The notes under the pieces were generated by a model that searched no databases, was not told the origin of the DNA, and was given only the letters and a program-made list of their open reading frames with translations. A DNA stretch of 64,000 nucleotides from Chrysomallon squamiferum (taxonomy: Eukaryota > Animalia > Mollusca), in the NCBI GenBank assembly GCA_012295275.1, contig CM022674.1, positions 17,112,001 to 17,176,000 of the forward strand. Direction: 5' to 3'. The position numbers and the translations under genes are program-made. Each line of letters begins with the position of its first letter. Within the stretch, counting starts at the first letter, position 1. Positions 1 through 19,380 of the stretch are shown in pieces.

Positions 1-169
1 TTCTGTCTAACAACTAAAATGTGTTAGTGTTTACTGATTCTTTATCTTCAAATAATTGAGAATAAAAAAAAAAAAAAATTAATTTCGATAACGTAGCTGT
101 ATCTTTAAACAACCAGGATTAAAAAAAAAAAATAATAATAATAATAATAATAATAATTAGTTTTGATAC

Positions 170-2489
<2,320 letters not shown>

Positions 2490-3168
2490 CTGCAAAAAAT
2501 TTAAATTATCAAGTACTGTTAATTAGATGGCATTCTCATTAGTGTATTCTGCAGTTACACTGATGCTTGTCATCCAACAGTCTTGTAAAATGTATTTAAA
2601 TTATTAATTAATTACTAATTACATGGCAGTCTCATTAGTATATTTAAAACAATAAAAAAAAAAAAAAAAAAAAATTTCCTGCTGCAGTCATGTTTGTTAT
2701 CCGGCAAACTCTAAATTTATATTATAAAATGTCTAACCTAAAATTTCAGAATATATTGTATGTTTTACATTTCTAACAACAGATATCTCTGTAACAATTG
2801 ATATAAATTTCAAAAACTAATTTTGTACAATCATATTTCTACTTACATTTTTTTTATTCTTCACATCACATAATTTACACTTTTTAAATACAAAGCTCAA
2901 TATCTTCAATTATTTTTACTTTGAAGAAACAAGAAAAATTTCTAACAGACTGAGGATATGAACAATTGTCTAGTTATTTGCTGATCAGTTATGTGGGTTA
3001 AGTATGTAAAGTAAAATATAACAATGCATAAATCACTGATAACATTCAAGCATCAACTTATATGTGGGTTCTTACATTTCTGTGAATCAAACAATGCCAC
3101 AGAATTTTTTTTTTAAATATATATATACACTTACACACACATATACATAGACATATACATATACATAT

Positions 3169-3208
<40 letters not shown>

Positions 3209-4069
3209 AAAACAATCTACATCTATGTCTATATATAGATAGATAGAAAAACATAAATATATGTGTATATCTGTGTACCAAGAGACAAATAGCTGGGCAG
3301 ATATATAGATAGACAGTCAGATATATAGACAGACAGTCAGATAGATAGATAGATACAGATTTTATTTAATACAGACACACACATAAATTTATTTTTAAAA
3401 TACATTAACACCAGGTAATTCATTTAATGTACAATTACCCCATTTGCACTTTAAGCTGAGGTAAAAGTATACACAATTATGTTGTTATGAGTGTGTAACT
3501 AATACACTAGATTAAGATAAATTACTTGCACTATTAAATTATTATCTAAACTTGTTATCTACATACTGAATGTAAACGATTACTCTGTATAGTGTGCACT
3601 GTAAGCTACATATTAAGGTGTAAAGAAATATAACTCTGCAGTGAGGTTTAATGTGAGTGTTGTGTGATGTACCAAGTGTTATAACATTTATTTGTATAAA
3701 TAGTTGTGTTACTAGGTAAATAGGTTAGTTATGGAAAGGACTTAAAATTCATCATTATTCGATTAGCACATCAGTAAAAATAAAACAATTAATTGCTTTA
3801 TTGTTGTTGTTTGCGTATGTTTGTATTGTTTTTGTTTATTTATTTGTTGTTTTTTTAATAGTTTTTTTATTAATATTATTATTATTCTTTTTATTTTACT
3901 AAAACTTTGAAAATATTCAAATTAAATGTCATACATTTATTGAAATTTTCTTCAAAGTTGTGAAATGTGATTAATGGTAGACTTGAAAAGAGCTCTGCAA
4001 ATAACAATAACAACAACAACACCAACAACAACAATAATCATTGTAGTTATATGTGATGAGTTGTTCAGC

Positions 4070-4269
4070 NNNNNNNNNNNNNNNNNNNNNNNNNNNNNNN
4101 NNNNNNNNNNNNNNNNNNNNNNNNNNNNNNNNNNNNNNNNNNNNNNNNNNNNNNNNNNNNNNNNNNNNNNNNNNNNNNNNNNNNNNNNNNNNNNNNNNNN
4201 NNNNNNNNNNNNNNNNNNNNNNNNNNNNNNNNNNNNNNNNNNNNNNNNNNNNNNNNNNNNNNNNNNNNN
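4070..4269. other. Assembly gap (200 N)
   Basis: Run of N. Confidence 1.
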
Positions 4270-8434
<4,165 letters not shown>

Positions 8435-9127
8435 AGACAAACAAATAATTAACTTTAATGGTTAGGCCAAGCTGAAGTTATTGTTCGACATTTTTACAAC
8501 ATGTGGAACTGATTGTAAACACTTTGGACGAAATTGCTGATTAAGAAACTACAGGTTTAAGATTGTTAGTTTAACTTACATGGTTGTATTTTGTTTTCTT
8601 ACTGTTTTGAAATGATTTTTATAAAAGTTGCTGAATCAGAACATTTGTTTTTCTTCTTCTTTTATTACAGAAACAATAATAATTTTTTTTTTTAAATTAT
8701 TTTACTCTACATTAATTTGCTAAGTGCATTTAACTATTGCTTGAGAAAAGTAGTCTAAAAGCTTTTATTAAATTTATTTTTGGTGATACGAAGAAATAGT
8801 CTGCATATTTCCAAATTCTGTTTTATTTATTTTATATTTTTTGCTGTCCAATCTTAATTAATAATTAAGTATAACAACATAACATAGGGTGTTATAATTG
8901 GTTTGAAATACGTATTCATTTCTAACATTATTTCATATTATTTTATTGTCATACTTTGTTAGATGCAGGATAGATGAACCAAAACAATATATTAATAACA
9001 TATAAATATACAGAATGTATGTTTCAGTGTATTCAAGTATGAATATATATACTTTATGACTGTTTTTATGTGCAAACTAATATATTTTTTGACTGTTTAT
9101 TTGTAATTATATGTATCAAATATTTTG

Positions 9128-10249
9128 CACACACATACAAGTATACGGACTACAAACATACATACATACATACATACATACATACATACATACATACATA
9201 CATGCACTCACATACTGCTGTTACTAAAATGTTCTGAAATGAAGAAAGTTGTAATACATTTTTATTTGTCTTTTTTTCACTTTACATTTGATCATTCATA
9301 ATTTGTTATATTTTACATTTGAATATTCAGAAAAAACAAACAAATACGTAATAAATAGTTTTGTCTGCATTCCTAATTGTTACAAAAGTTACTTTAATTT
9401 GTATATTCTTAATATGTTAGCATAATACTTTAATTTGTATATTCATAATATTTTAGTATAACAATTGCTTTTATTTCCCTATTCACGACAGATTAGTTAT
9501 AATATTTTTACATTAGCAGATTCATAACACATTATTAAACCACTAAAGGGAAAAAACTGAACTGTGATAAAACTAGATGAAATCCAGGCTTTGTGTTTAG
9601 CCATAAAACGGTCATTGTGAGTGTTCAGCTTATTCCTAATTTGTTATGATAATTATTATTTTACATTTTCGTATTGAAAATAATTATGATTTAACAATTA
9701 TTTTACATACATGCATTTTAAATTAAATGTAATTTGTTATTATTAACATCATTTTACATTTTCACATAGGTAATAATTATTCTACATCTTAAATTAAATT
9801 TCTTATTATAATTAGTATTTCATATTTGCTTATTAATAATCATTATGTTTAATGATTATTAATTTTAATTTAAATGTTTGCAATTAATTATCAGTGAAAT
9901 TTACTCGAATAGGGTGCCCAGGACAGGCACGATTGAACATTCAGAATGAAAAATCATTCCAAACTGTTTGCTCATTATCCTTTTAATAATTTGTAAAATA
10001 TCTTCGATTTGTTTGTTAACCATTGTTTAAATATATTTATTGTAAATCAGTTAATAATCATGATTTTTGTGAATAAAAAATCGTTTTAACTTTTGAATCA
10101 AGTGCTGCTTGTGTTTATTAATAACCAATGGAAAGAAAGTGAAATTAGTGGAAAATAAAAATATTTATTCACAATATTTGTGAGTTTATTTCAAACACAG
10201 AGTGAATGTAGAACTTTTTTTGTGAATTCAGTGTAAAAAATACAACAGT

Positions 10250-10286
<37 letters not shown>

Positions 10287-11840
10287 CTACATATATATGC
10301 AATATACACACATATGTACCTAGATATACACGCAGACACACACGGACAATTATGTATGTATGCATATCTATAGATATATCACTTAAGTATACATATTCAA
10401 ATCACTCTTGTCCACACGCATGTTTTCTTCTACCTCTGTACATTCTATTGTTGACTTAATTTCAAAACTTAATCAAAGCCCATATTTCTTTTTCTATTTG
10501 ACTCACAACATGACTATGTATACAGGTATAACACTGTCTTTCAACTATTGTGTGGCCCAGCTATAAAAATAGTACACAGGCATTCATGCTGAAGGTGTAA
10601 ATACTTCCTGGTACATCAAGTTTAATACTTCACTACAGAACATTTAACAACAATTTCCACGATTCTTTACTACGTGGATTGCTTTCGTAATACAGTTGTT
10701 AGCAAGTCGTTAACGCAGTGATTCCCAACCTTTTCATCAATGCGGAGCCCTATAACATTATTTAATATCCTGCGGTGCCCTCCCTCACACATTTATTTTA
10801 TTTTAAGCTACTTTACTTGTACTTCGCTCTGCTAAGTGTTGCTCATCTCCACTGTCCTCTTCTTCACTTTCACGTCTTCTTTTCAAATACTTCATCATCT
10901 TTCACGCGTTAAAAATTGTGTTCAAATATTGGCAGGTAGGAGTGAAGACAAAACACAACACGCACCCACACTGCTCTATTTGCAACTAACTCATGTGCTT
11001 CTAACAACCACGTGCATCTCAATGCAAGGGGTTGGCAGTACGTCATCAGTGACGTCATAAATAGTTTTGCTTCTGCGCAATACTAATGATTTACCTGAAA
11101 AGTAAAATACACTTTTTGTTTCTTTCTTTTTTTTTTATATTAGAAACTATTTACACTTTAACTAATTAAATAGTTAGTTATTTATACAAATTACTATTTA
11201 AATTAGGCATGACATCCATATTATCCATGTGCATTGTACATAGTAATCATTGTAATGTTATTGTAAGTGTATTCGTTTGTTCTGTCTATTTCATTCTGTC
11301 CGTCTAACTGCCCCCAGTTTCTCCTTTTTTTATTTATTAGTTATGTCATCTCTCGCGGAGCCCTTGACGATGCACCGCGGAGCAATGGGCTCCGAGGAGC
11401 ACCGGTTGGGAAACACTGCGTTAACGTAATAAGTGTAAACAATAGAAAATATGAAGACCTACATTGCATGGCAGATCTTTTTATTGTGTGCAGTGTTAGC
11501 TTATGTTTTCCATGGTAAGTATTTATGTTATTTACACAGTATATAAGTTAGCTTTGTTTCTACTGTTTTGTTTAAACGTAAATATACGTCGTTTACACTG
11601 TAGTTGGATATATAAGAATATAACGTTGTTATTATTGTCATATGTTAACATAAATATAACTTTGTTTATTTTTCCAATAGCTTATCGTAGAATATAACTT
11701 GTTATTTTTTTCAATAAATATCTTTAGAATATCTTTAACAGTTTTACTGTTCATCCAAAATTGATCAATATTTGTTTTATTTTTTGCCCTTTCCAGCTAA
11801 TAATGCTTGTCTGAGTTCATCAAATACTGAAAGTATGTAA
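9128..11840 (+). repeat. Segmental duplication, paralogous to ~54236-57070
   Basis: Long colinear matches, e.g. catacaagtatacggactacaaac (9134/54249), ccactaaagggaaaaaactgaactgtg (9540/54621), and exons 1-2 of the 56.6-kb receptor gene. Confidence 0.88.
10716..11418. mobile_element. Non-autonomous hAT (Charlie-like) MITE, 703 bp
   Basis: TIRs CAGTGATTCCCAACC / GGTTGGGAAACACTG; perfect 8-bp TSD CGTTAACG (10708-10715, 11419-11426); paralogous empty site with a single CGTTAACG at 56552-56559. Confidence 0.93.
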
Positions 11841-11981
11841 TAAATATTTTAGCATCAGGAAAATGTCTAAGTGATTTGTAGAAACCGATCGGTCACGTGA
11901 CATTTGCAACGGAGTGCGCCTCAAAATGAACGAGGTAGGTGATTATTTTCTCGGGTTGTGGCCTTAAATCAATAAATCCTG

Positions 11982-12014
<33 letters not shown>

Positions 12015-13920
12015 ATCACCTACTTCAAGTTTAGTCTATTAGTGTCTTTATTCAGTTTTAAAACATCTAATGGGTTTATTGTATTTAAAGAACGGCACAC
12101 GAGAATCAGCTGGTAGTCATACTTTTCTGCAAACCCATGTGTTACATTATTCAGTTTAATTATTAATGCATTTAATATTAAATACAAATTTGTATGTAGA
12201 TATTAACGAGAATAATTAGTATAAATGCTTGTAAATTTTTGTTCTAGGATCCACGAACATCGGTCCAGTCTCATTGAATGCGCTGTGCAAATTGCTGCTG
12301 ACTTAGTGCTGGTGATCACCGTGTTATACTCTGATAGCATACCACAAAAGTAACTGATTTAGCTGACTGGTTTGATGCAGCGTACTCTAAAAGGACCACT
12401 ACGACTATCTCATAATGTTTATAACACGTTAAATAATGATTGTAGAAACCAGAACAGTACTATGCAGCGCCTATTTCAGACAACTCTGTGACGACTGATC
12501 AGATGGAAAAGATCTTGACTGAAGTCAGCAAATGCTGAAATGAAAGAAGTCCGCACGTAGCAGCAGAATGTTATGAAAGGGCGTTTGCCATGTTAGCTAC
12601 AAGAGGTTTTAACGATGAACCTCTGACAGTCCATCAGTTACCCAAAGATGTGTTCGTTCTCCCAGGCAAACGGAATGTCTAAAGGAGAACAAATACGGAA
12701 ACTGTTTTCAACTGGTATAGTCACCAAAGACAACATAAAAGACACGGTTGATGTATATAAAAAGAGTAATGTATTGTTTGTAAGTTACAAAGGGATGGAA
12801 CAGAGGATACCGTGTACTCCTGTTAACCGAACACACTTATTATGATATACCGGGGAGCGAAACCAGTACCTACCAGCCTGTTAGCATATGGCTTAACCAC
12901 TGCGCAAACAAGGCCGGTATTGTCATTGTCATCTGTAACTACATGTATAATTTCTTCGTTTAATAAAATGGCCATACTTGATACTTTAGCAAAAATCGCA
13001 CCCTAACTACGTTTTGTTTCGTTGATTGATTACTCTACATTAAGATTGTGTCATGATGTGTGCGAAGGTTATGCATATTCATTTTTATTATGAAATGTCC
13101 TGTCGGATTCACTCTTGAAATTGTTGAATTAGATTTAGAAGTCTTTAATTCATCCAAAAAGATATAACATTACATATTGATATACATTCATTTTATTTTA
13201 CTTTATTTATTATTTAAACATTTAAGTGGTCACCATTTGGATCAATCTGGAAGAGCAAAATGAAAACCCAAAAGAAATCGCTCGTCATTCACACCATTAT
13301 CTTGGCAGCTACACGAAGACTTGGAGTGAAGTCTGAATGACATCGTTTTAACGAATCGAAGATTACATCACACATTAGAGAAGGAATAGACTGTTGTAGA
13401 TGAGATACTAATAATCATCATCATGAAATCGTGTCTGAACATTTATTGTGTTTTAAGACTAACAGACGTTTGTGGATGCTCTGATTCTTCCAGGCAACTC
13501 TCCAGAAGTCCATCTGTATCTGTCTCTGTTGCTAATGTGAATGAAACCTGTTTAGAAGCCTAAATAAAATTAATTATGAAATTTTAATTCGCAGGTAGTG
13601 CCTGCATATAAATTATATAACATAACGTTGTTTTACAAATTTAAGCTTATTTTAAACTGATACAGCACCAAAAAAGTAAAACGTTGATAAACCACACTCC
13701 CTACACCCAATCAGCAACACTCCGTACACAACTGAGTCCTGCACAGTATATTAATACAGCAGTCGACGATGACCATGTTTATCTTCATGTCTCCAACACA
13801 GATGCTGAAAGAAGCAATTACGAGCGAATACGTCAGAATGAATCACAGTATGCTAACACGCCATCTAGTGGTGAGGGAAGTCACGTGTATCTTGGAATAA
13901 GTAAGTCAAGAGAGAAGTGA
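11468..13920 (+). pseudogene. Partial paralog of the tyrosine-motif receptor at 56572-59934
   Basis: Retains exon 1 (ends catg|gtaagt ~11515), a mini-exon (~11797-11832) and the 3' half of the last exon (13727-13920: QLSPAQYINT...HVYLGISKSREK*). Ectodomain and TM exons are replaced by unrelated sequence. Confidence 0.75.
12848..12918 (-). mobile_element. tRNA-derived SINE head fragment
   Basis: Minus strand reads ACCGGCCTTGTTTGCGCAGTGGTTAAGCC...GGTTTCGCTCCCCGGTA: degenerate A and B boxes, no intact cloverleaf. Confidence 0.55.
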
Positions 13921-14780
13921 AAAATTATGATTGCACCGATTGAGAACATATAAACAAAACATAGTTATAATAATAACGATAATTATAACATAATCCGCAA
14001 GATTACTCTTTCAATGACAATATGAACATTTCAGGAACGTTTATACAAAAGTGATTTTTGTTGTAGAAAATATATGTTGAAATGTTATTGTATTTGGTCT
14101 AAATGTACAATACTATGGTATATATTTATTTGTCTGAAAAGTTAGAAATGTCCACTTAAATATACAGAGAAACTCATCGCCAATATGAAAATTTCATAAG
14201 TGATATTTTCTGTTTCAATATTGAACCGTGTACCAGTTTATATAGGAAGCTTGACATTATTAACTTTAAATAAAGTTCTAACATTTTTAATTGGCGCAAA
14301 ACATTTACTTGAACACACGAATATATACTTCATAAACACATTCATCTAATATTAGAAGCATAATATAAGCTATTACAGAAGCATTCATACTATGGTTATA
14401 AGATAACAACATTTACAATATACGAGACAGTTTATACTCTTTACAGTTAGCAATGTTTGCCCAAATTGTAAACATTTTTATTGTAACATTTATAGACAAT
14501 GGATAGCTGCATAATTCACCATAAACCATATATCTTGGCGTTGACTTGTTAACACATACTATATATTTGATAAACGTGAGATGATATCTTTCAGTTATAT
14601 AACAATATTGAAAACTCCTGATTTCTGTGCATATAACAATATTGGTTTTACAGTTTTGTATTTCCATATGTTTATATATAAATCTGTTTTTAATTTTGCT
14701 GTGGAAAGAAAATCATAATTTTTGACACGGGAGCATTAACTTTTAATTTCCACGTTTTGCAGTTTATTTCAAACAGTGCA
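13725..14780 (+). repeat. Segmental duplication, paralogous to ~59740-60840
   Basis: Near-identical last exon, 3' UTR and LINE remnant in both places. Confidence 0.9.
14010..14780 (-). mobile_element. Degraded 3' ORF2 remnant of a CR1/L2/RTE-like non-LTR retrotransposon
   Basis: Fragments KSTPRYMVYGELCSYPL..KMFTIW; the paralog reads CHLCNFDIGDEF..IVKW..RNKYIP (C-terminal zinc-finger region). Multiple stops and frameshifts. Confidence 0.7.
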
Positions 14781-15380
14781 CGTGATGTTGTAAATCATCT
14801 GTTCCTTCTCCTAATTGTACAATATCATCAGCATATAACTAACTGCACAAAGAACTAAAGATATACATTAATATTTTAGCGAGAAAATCTGTTACCGATT
14901 TAATAGCTTTTCAGTTTTATTTAGGAAAACAATCTCTAAAATCATTTAAGTATAATGAAACTAAAAAAATGACGTTTCCCCCTTGTCTTATTCCATTAGT
15001 GCAAGGAAAATATTCTAATTCAATTCTCGATTTTATACCGTCGCACATATTAAATAATATTCTGAAACATTGCCACAACAATTATTACTAGACCTACTAT
15101 TTCTATTACTACAACTAATATTACTAACCCTACCATTTCCAGTACTACTATTATTAATAGTAGCCCTACTGTTTGCACAACAATTATTAGTATTATTACT
15201 AACCCTACTATATCCAGTACTACTATCATTACCATTTCTAGAGCGTTTACTAGCCCTACAATTTCCACTACTACTACTAACTCTACTACTGTTGACGTTT
15301 ACCTAACTTACCTTGATATCCACCTGAACTTACCTTAATTATCGACATCACCTAGAATGAGAATTCAAATGTAAATTATC

Positions 15381-15453
15381 CGAGCGTGCGAGGATTCGAA
15401 CTCCAAGCAGCGAGCGTAGCGAGCGTGAACTGTAACCACGACACCATCCGATC
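15381..15453 (-). ncRNA. tRNA-like Pol III unit (SINE head or pseudo-tRNA), left arm
   Basis: GATCGGA-TGGTGTCGTGG (A box)...GGAGTTCGAATCC (B box); anticodon arm not canonical. Confidence 0.55.
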
Positions 15454-15873
15454 TCGGACGATCAACATACGAAAATAACTTCTAGTCAATCCTGCGATCG
15501 ATGTTGTGCAGTCGATTTTGGGTTATCTCCCAACATGGCGATTATCTGCAGAAGCCGTCATTTTCATTTTATTTTATCTGACTATTTTAAATATAAATCC
15601 ACACATTCGTTAATATTTAGCATATAAAATAAAATATTTAATCAAATAAACATTTCTATAAAATTAAAATGATTGCATTACATAGTTTCTAAAAATAAAC
15701 ATGATGCCATTATTCCCGGAAGTTTTATAATTCTTATAGTATTGTAGGATATTATGCAAATTCCGAAAATGGCGGCTTCTATTAATCGCCATGTTGGGAG
15801 GTAATTCCAAATCGATTGCACAACATCGATCACAGGATTGACTAGAAGTTCTTTTCGTATGGTGGTTGTCCGA

Positions 15874-15947
15874 GATCGGATGGTGTCGTGGTTAGCGTTC
15901 ACGCTAGCTACGCTCGCTGCTTGGAGTTCAAATCCTTGCTCCGCTCG
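15874..15947 (+). ncRNA. tRNA-like Pol III unit (SINE head or pseudo-tRNA), right arm
   Basis: GATCGGA/TCCGCTC pair 6 of 7 as an acceptor stem; A box TGGTGTCGTGG, B box GTTCAAATCC; D and anticodon arms degenerate. Confidence 0.55.
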
Positions 15948-16589
15948 GATAATTTAACTTTCCTTTCTCGTTCCAGGTGATGTCGGTCATCAGGTAAATT
16001 AAGGGGAATATCAACATAAGTTAGATAGCCGTAATAATAGTAGCACTGGAAATAGTAGGGCTAATAATAGTAGTAGTACTGGAAATAGTAGGGCTAATAA
16101 TAATAGTAGTATTGAAAATATTAGGAATAGTAATAACAGTAGTACTCTAAAAAGTAGGGCTCATAATAATAGTAGTATTGGAAATAGTAGGGCTAGTAAT
16201 AATAGTAGTATTGAAATGGTAGGATTAGTAATAGTAATAATAGTAGTAGTACTGGAAATGGTAGGGCTAGTAATTATGGTAGTAGTACTGGAAATAGTAG
16301 GGCTAGTAATAATAATAGTAGTACTGGAAATAGTAGGGGTAGTAATAATAGTACTAGAAATAGTACGGCTAGTAGTAGATGTGGAAATAATAGGGCTGGT
16401 AATAGTAGTAGTACTGGAAATAGTACATTTTAAAAAAAAGTGTAGAAGTGAAATTGGATACGCATAATCTTAATACAGTAATGTTGATCTTCTAATATTT
16501 ATAGAGTCTTGCTTGTTTTTGAGAGAGGTAATAATATATGAAATGAAAACAATGGAAGAATTAATAAAAGTGTGACAATATTAACATTA

Positions 16590-16971
16590 TTTATCTCTAC
16601 ACAGTTAGACGAAACACTTTCTTTAACAATAACATTAATTATTTCTAAACCGAATACATCATACGATGTGATTCTGTTTCTGCATCGCTAACAAACGAAA
16701 GAGAATTCAAGTTTTCACTGTACAGAGAACACATGCCGTTGCCGTTGTTATAGATGAATCCTTTACAGCCGACGTAGCTGGAACATTCTGTGACGCAGTG
16801 GAGTTTACTGGACACGTTCAATTCTTTTGAAGGATCTTCTGTAGGTTTCTTATCGTTGTACTGTGGTAACTTTCGAAAAGTTTTACGAGTGCCAAGCTCG
16901 GAATTGGAAAAAGAAACAACGATTGTCAGAAATGCTATAACACAGAATATTATCCTGTAGATCATTTTCAT
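16590..16971 (-). pseudogene. PAN/Apple-FReD gene, 5' half (signal peptide + PAN exon and exon 2 remnant)
   Basis: ORF 16971-16645 has a hydrophobic N-terminus and SKLHCVTECSSYVGCKGFIYN..MCSLY (PAN cysteine pattern); exon-2 remnant aaagtgtttcgtctaactgtgtagag ~16620-16595; paralog of 33027-32363. Confidence 0.8.
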
Positions 16972-17479
16972 TATCTTTATTTTACAAACGATATCAGTGA
17001 TGAAATTTAGGTATCTCAGTTCAGAACTAAATTAATCCAGTTAGATAAAGAACTTTTAATCGTTATTTGATAGCGCGAAATAAACTATTAATTACTTCTA
17101 TTAATGTTTCGAAGACACTGTAACTAGTAGTCTACCAAACTGATCTCTTCAAATTATACTGAACGTTTGAAACAAGCTTCTGTTTTCAGTCCGGAGCAGA
17201 AATATTTCATTCTTTATTAATGAAAACCACGTCTCACTTGGATGGTTAAATTAATAAGATACTAATGGTAGATAGTTTTTTTTAATAATTACTATCGATT
17301 CTCTAACTTTAGCAGAAACATATAGAAACCAAAGATAAAGGTAAATACATTAGTACTTATTCATATAATAGTCATTAGGGAAATGATCACATGAAATATG
17401 TTTCATTCATCTTTGAGAAAGTAATATTTACGCTTGCTGAACAAACAGAATATCTTGCATTTTCTCTTTCCTTCATTTT

Positions 17480-17591
<112 letters not shown>

Positions 17592-19024
17592 CATTTCATA
17601 AACGATATCAGTGCTGAAATTCAGGTATTTCTGTTCAGAACTAAATTAATATAATTATAGAAAGAAATTCTAAATGTTATTTGAACTGATCTTTTCCAGT
17701 GTATTGCCCGTTCGACACAAGCTACTGCTTTCTGATCAAAACAGAAATATTTCATCCTGTATTAAATAAAACAATGTCGTACTTGATTGATTAACTTAAT
17801 AATACAGTAACTGTGGATATATATTTTTTTAAATTGTATTGATTCTGTCAATTCAGCTGAATCATTTAGAAGTGAATCAGAATGGAAATCACATTTATAC
17901 TTATTCATGTACTAGTCATCAGGGAAATGATCATTTGAAATATGTTTTAGTCATCTATAAAAAAATTATATTTACTCTTGCTGAACTAGTGGAATATTTG
18001 ATACTTTCTCTTTATTGTTCCTTTTGTTTTATTGGTATCCTTTGTCTTTTTATTGTTTTGTGGTTATTAATATTCACGTCCATACTTACAAACTTATTGT
18101 TACAAATATCCTAAGGGATTAAGTCAAAAACAAATTGTTAAGAATAAATTAATGCAAACAATCAAATAGAACTTACCGAACTGTATACAAATAAATAATT
18201 TAACTTTCGTCACCTGTTTTATTATTTTTCCAAATATACTAGCATTACACTGATCGATCAATGTATGATCATCTACAGAACAAAATCACGTGGGATCAAA
18301 TGAATCGACTTTCCCAGCTTTGTTCAGTCTTCAAAGAGATCTCGTTATTTTAAATATTCATGTGTTTTTACATCAAGTAAGTATTGTGTTTACAGTCTGT
18401 GTCTGTGTGTTTGTGGCTGTGTGTTTGGGTACGTGTGCATATTTATTATTAGTAGTAGTAGTAATAGTTGTAGTTGCAGTATTAGTAGAGGCATTTGTAA
18501 TATTAATATTATTATTATTTTATTCTTTGTTTTCTCTTGCTTTAATGATATCTTCTTGTTTTTTAAAAATCCTGCTCATACATATATTTTTTCAAACATA
18601 ATATATGCGTGTGTGAGAGTGTGTTTGTGTACATTTATCTTTATCCAGAACACGAATAAAAAAAAAAACAATCAGCAACATTTGATTACATAAAATTACA
18701 TTTAACAACTCTTTCGAAACAAATCAATTATAAAATTAAATTTATCAAGTGTTAAAAATTTACATTCAGCAATTGTTTCAAAATTAGTAGTTTGCAGATT
18801 TATATTAAATAAATCCGAAAAGATATAAACATTTCAAACATTTTGTTTCATATTTTTTTCCCAATCATTTTTTTTTTGTCTTCAATATTTTGAGTAAGGA
18901 AACATTCCTGTCAGTTGGAATTTTGTTTTCGTTTTTTATTTTATTTTATTTCTCCAGTTAATAATTCAGTTTTCATTAGGCTAATACTATTGCTTCATTT
19001 TTTGAACTAAGAACACAGTTTTAC

Positions 19025-19380
19025 TTCAAACCCGAATACGGTGGAATTTTCATCACAGTTTTAATGCAAAACATAATATGGCCGAATTTTCATTCTAGTT
19101 ATAATTAAAAACAGAAGATAGTAAAGTTTTCATTACAGTTGTAATTGAAAACAGAAGATAGTCGGACTTTCATTACATTTATAATTCAAAACAGAAGATG
19201 GTCAAATTATCGTTACAGTTTCAGTTAAAAAGAGAACATGGTCTAATTTCATCACACGTTTCTTTGAAAACTGAAGATGGCCAAATGTTTATCACACTAT
19301 TAATTCAAAACTGAAATTGATCGAAATTTCATTAGAGTTTAAGTTCAAAACAGAAGATGGTCGAATTTTCATTACAGTTT
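19025..19380. repeat. ~40-bp tandem repeat (~9 copies) derived from the FReD C-terminal codons
   Basis: Unit ~ ttcaaaacagaagatggtcgaattttcattacagtt; the rightmost copy encodes KTVMKIRPSSVL on the minus strand; related copies at 30740-30860. Confidence 0.8.

Larger units (their letters stand above)
15083..16425. mobile_element. Palindromic element: satellite - tRNA-like arm - AT-rich spacer - tRNA-like arm - satellite (copy 1)
   Basis: Arms ~15293-15565 and ~15765-16030 are imperfect inverted repeats around a ~200-bp spacer; flanking satellites (15083-15292 and 16031-16425) are mutually inverted; a second full copy lies at 47160-53301. Confidence 0.8.

Noticed and set aside
15874-15947. Functional tRNA gene
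   Set aside because: A/B boxes and acceptor stem are present but D and anticodon arms do not fold canonically, and there is no adjacent oligo-T terminator; treated as tRNA-derived.
19025-19380. CRISPR-like array (also the 36.9-39.6 kb satellite)
   Set aside because: Contiguous tandem units without unique spacers, eukaryotic context, no cas genes.
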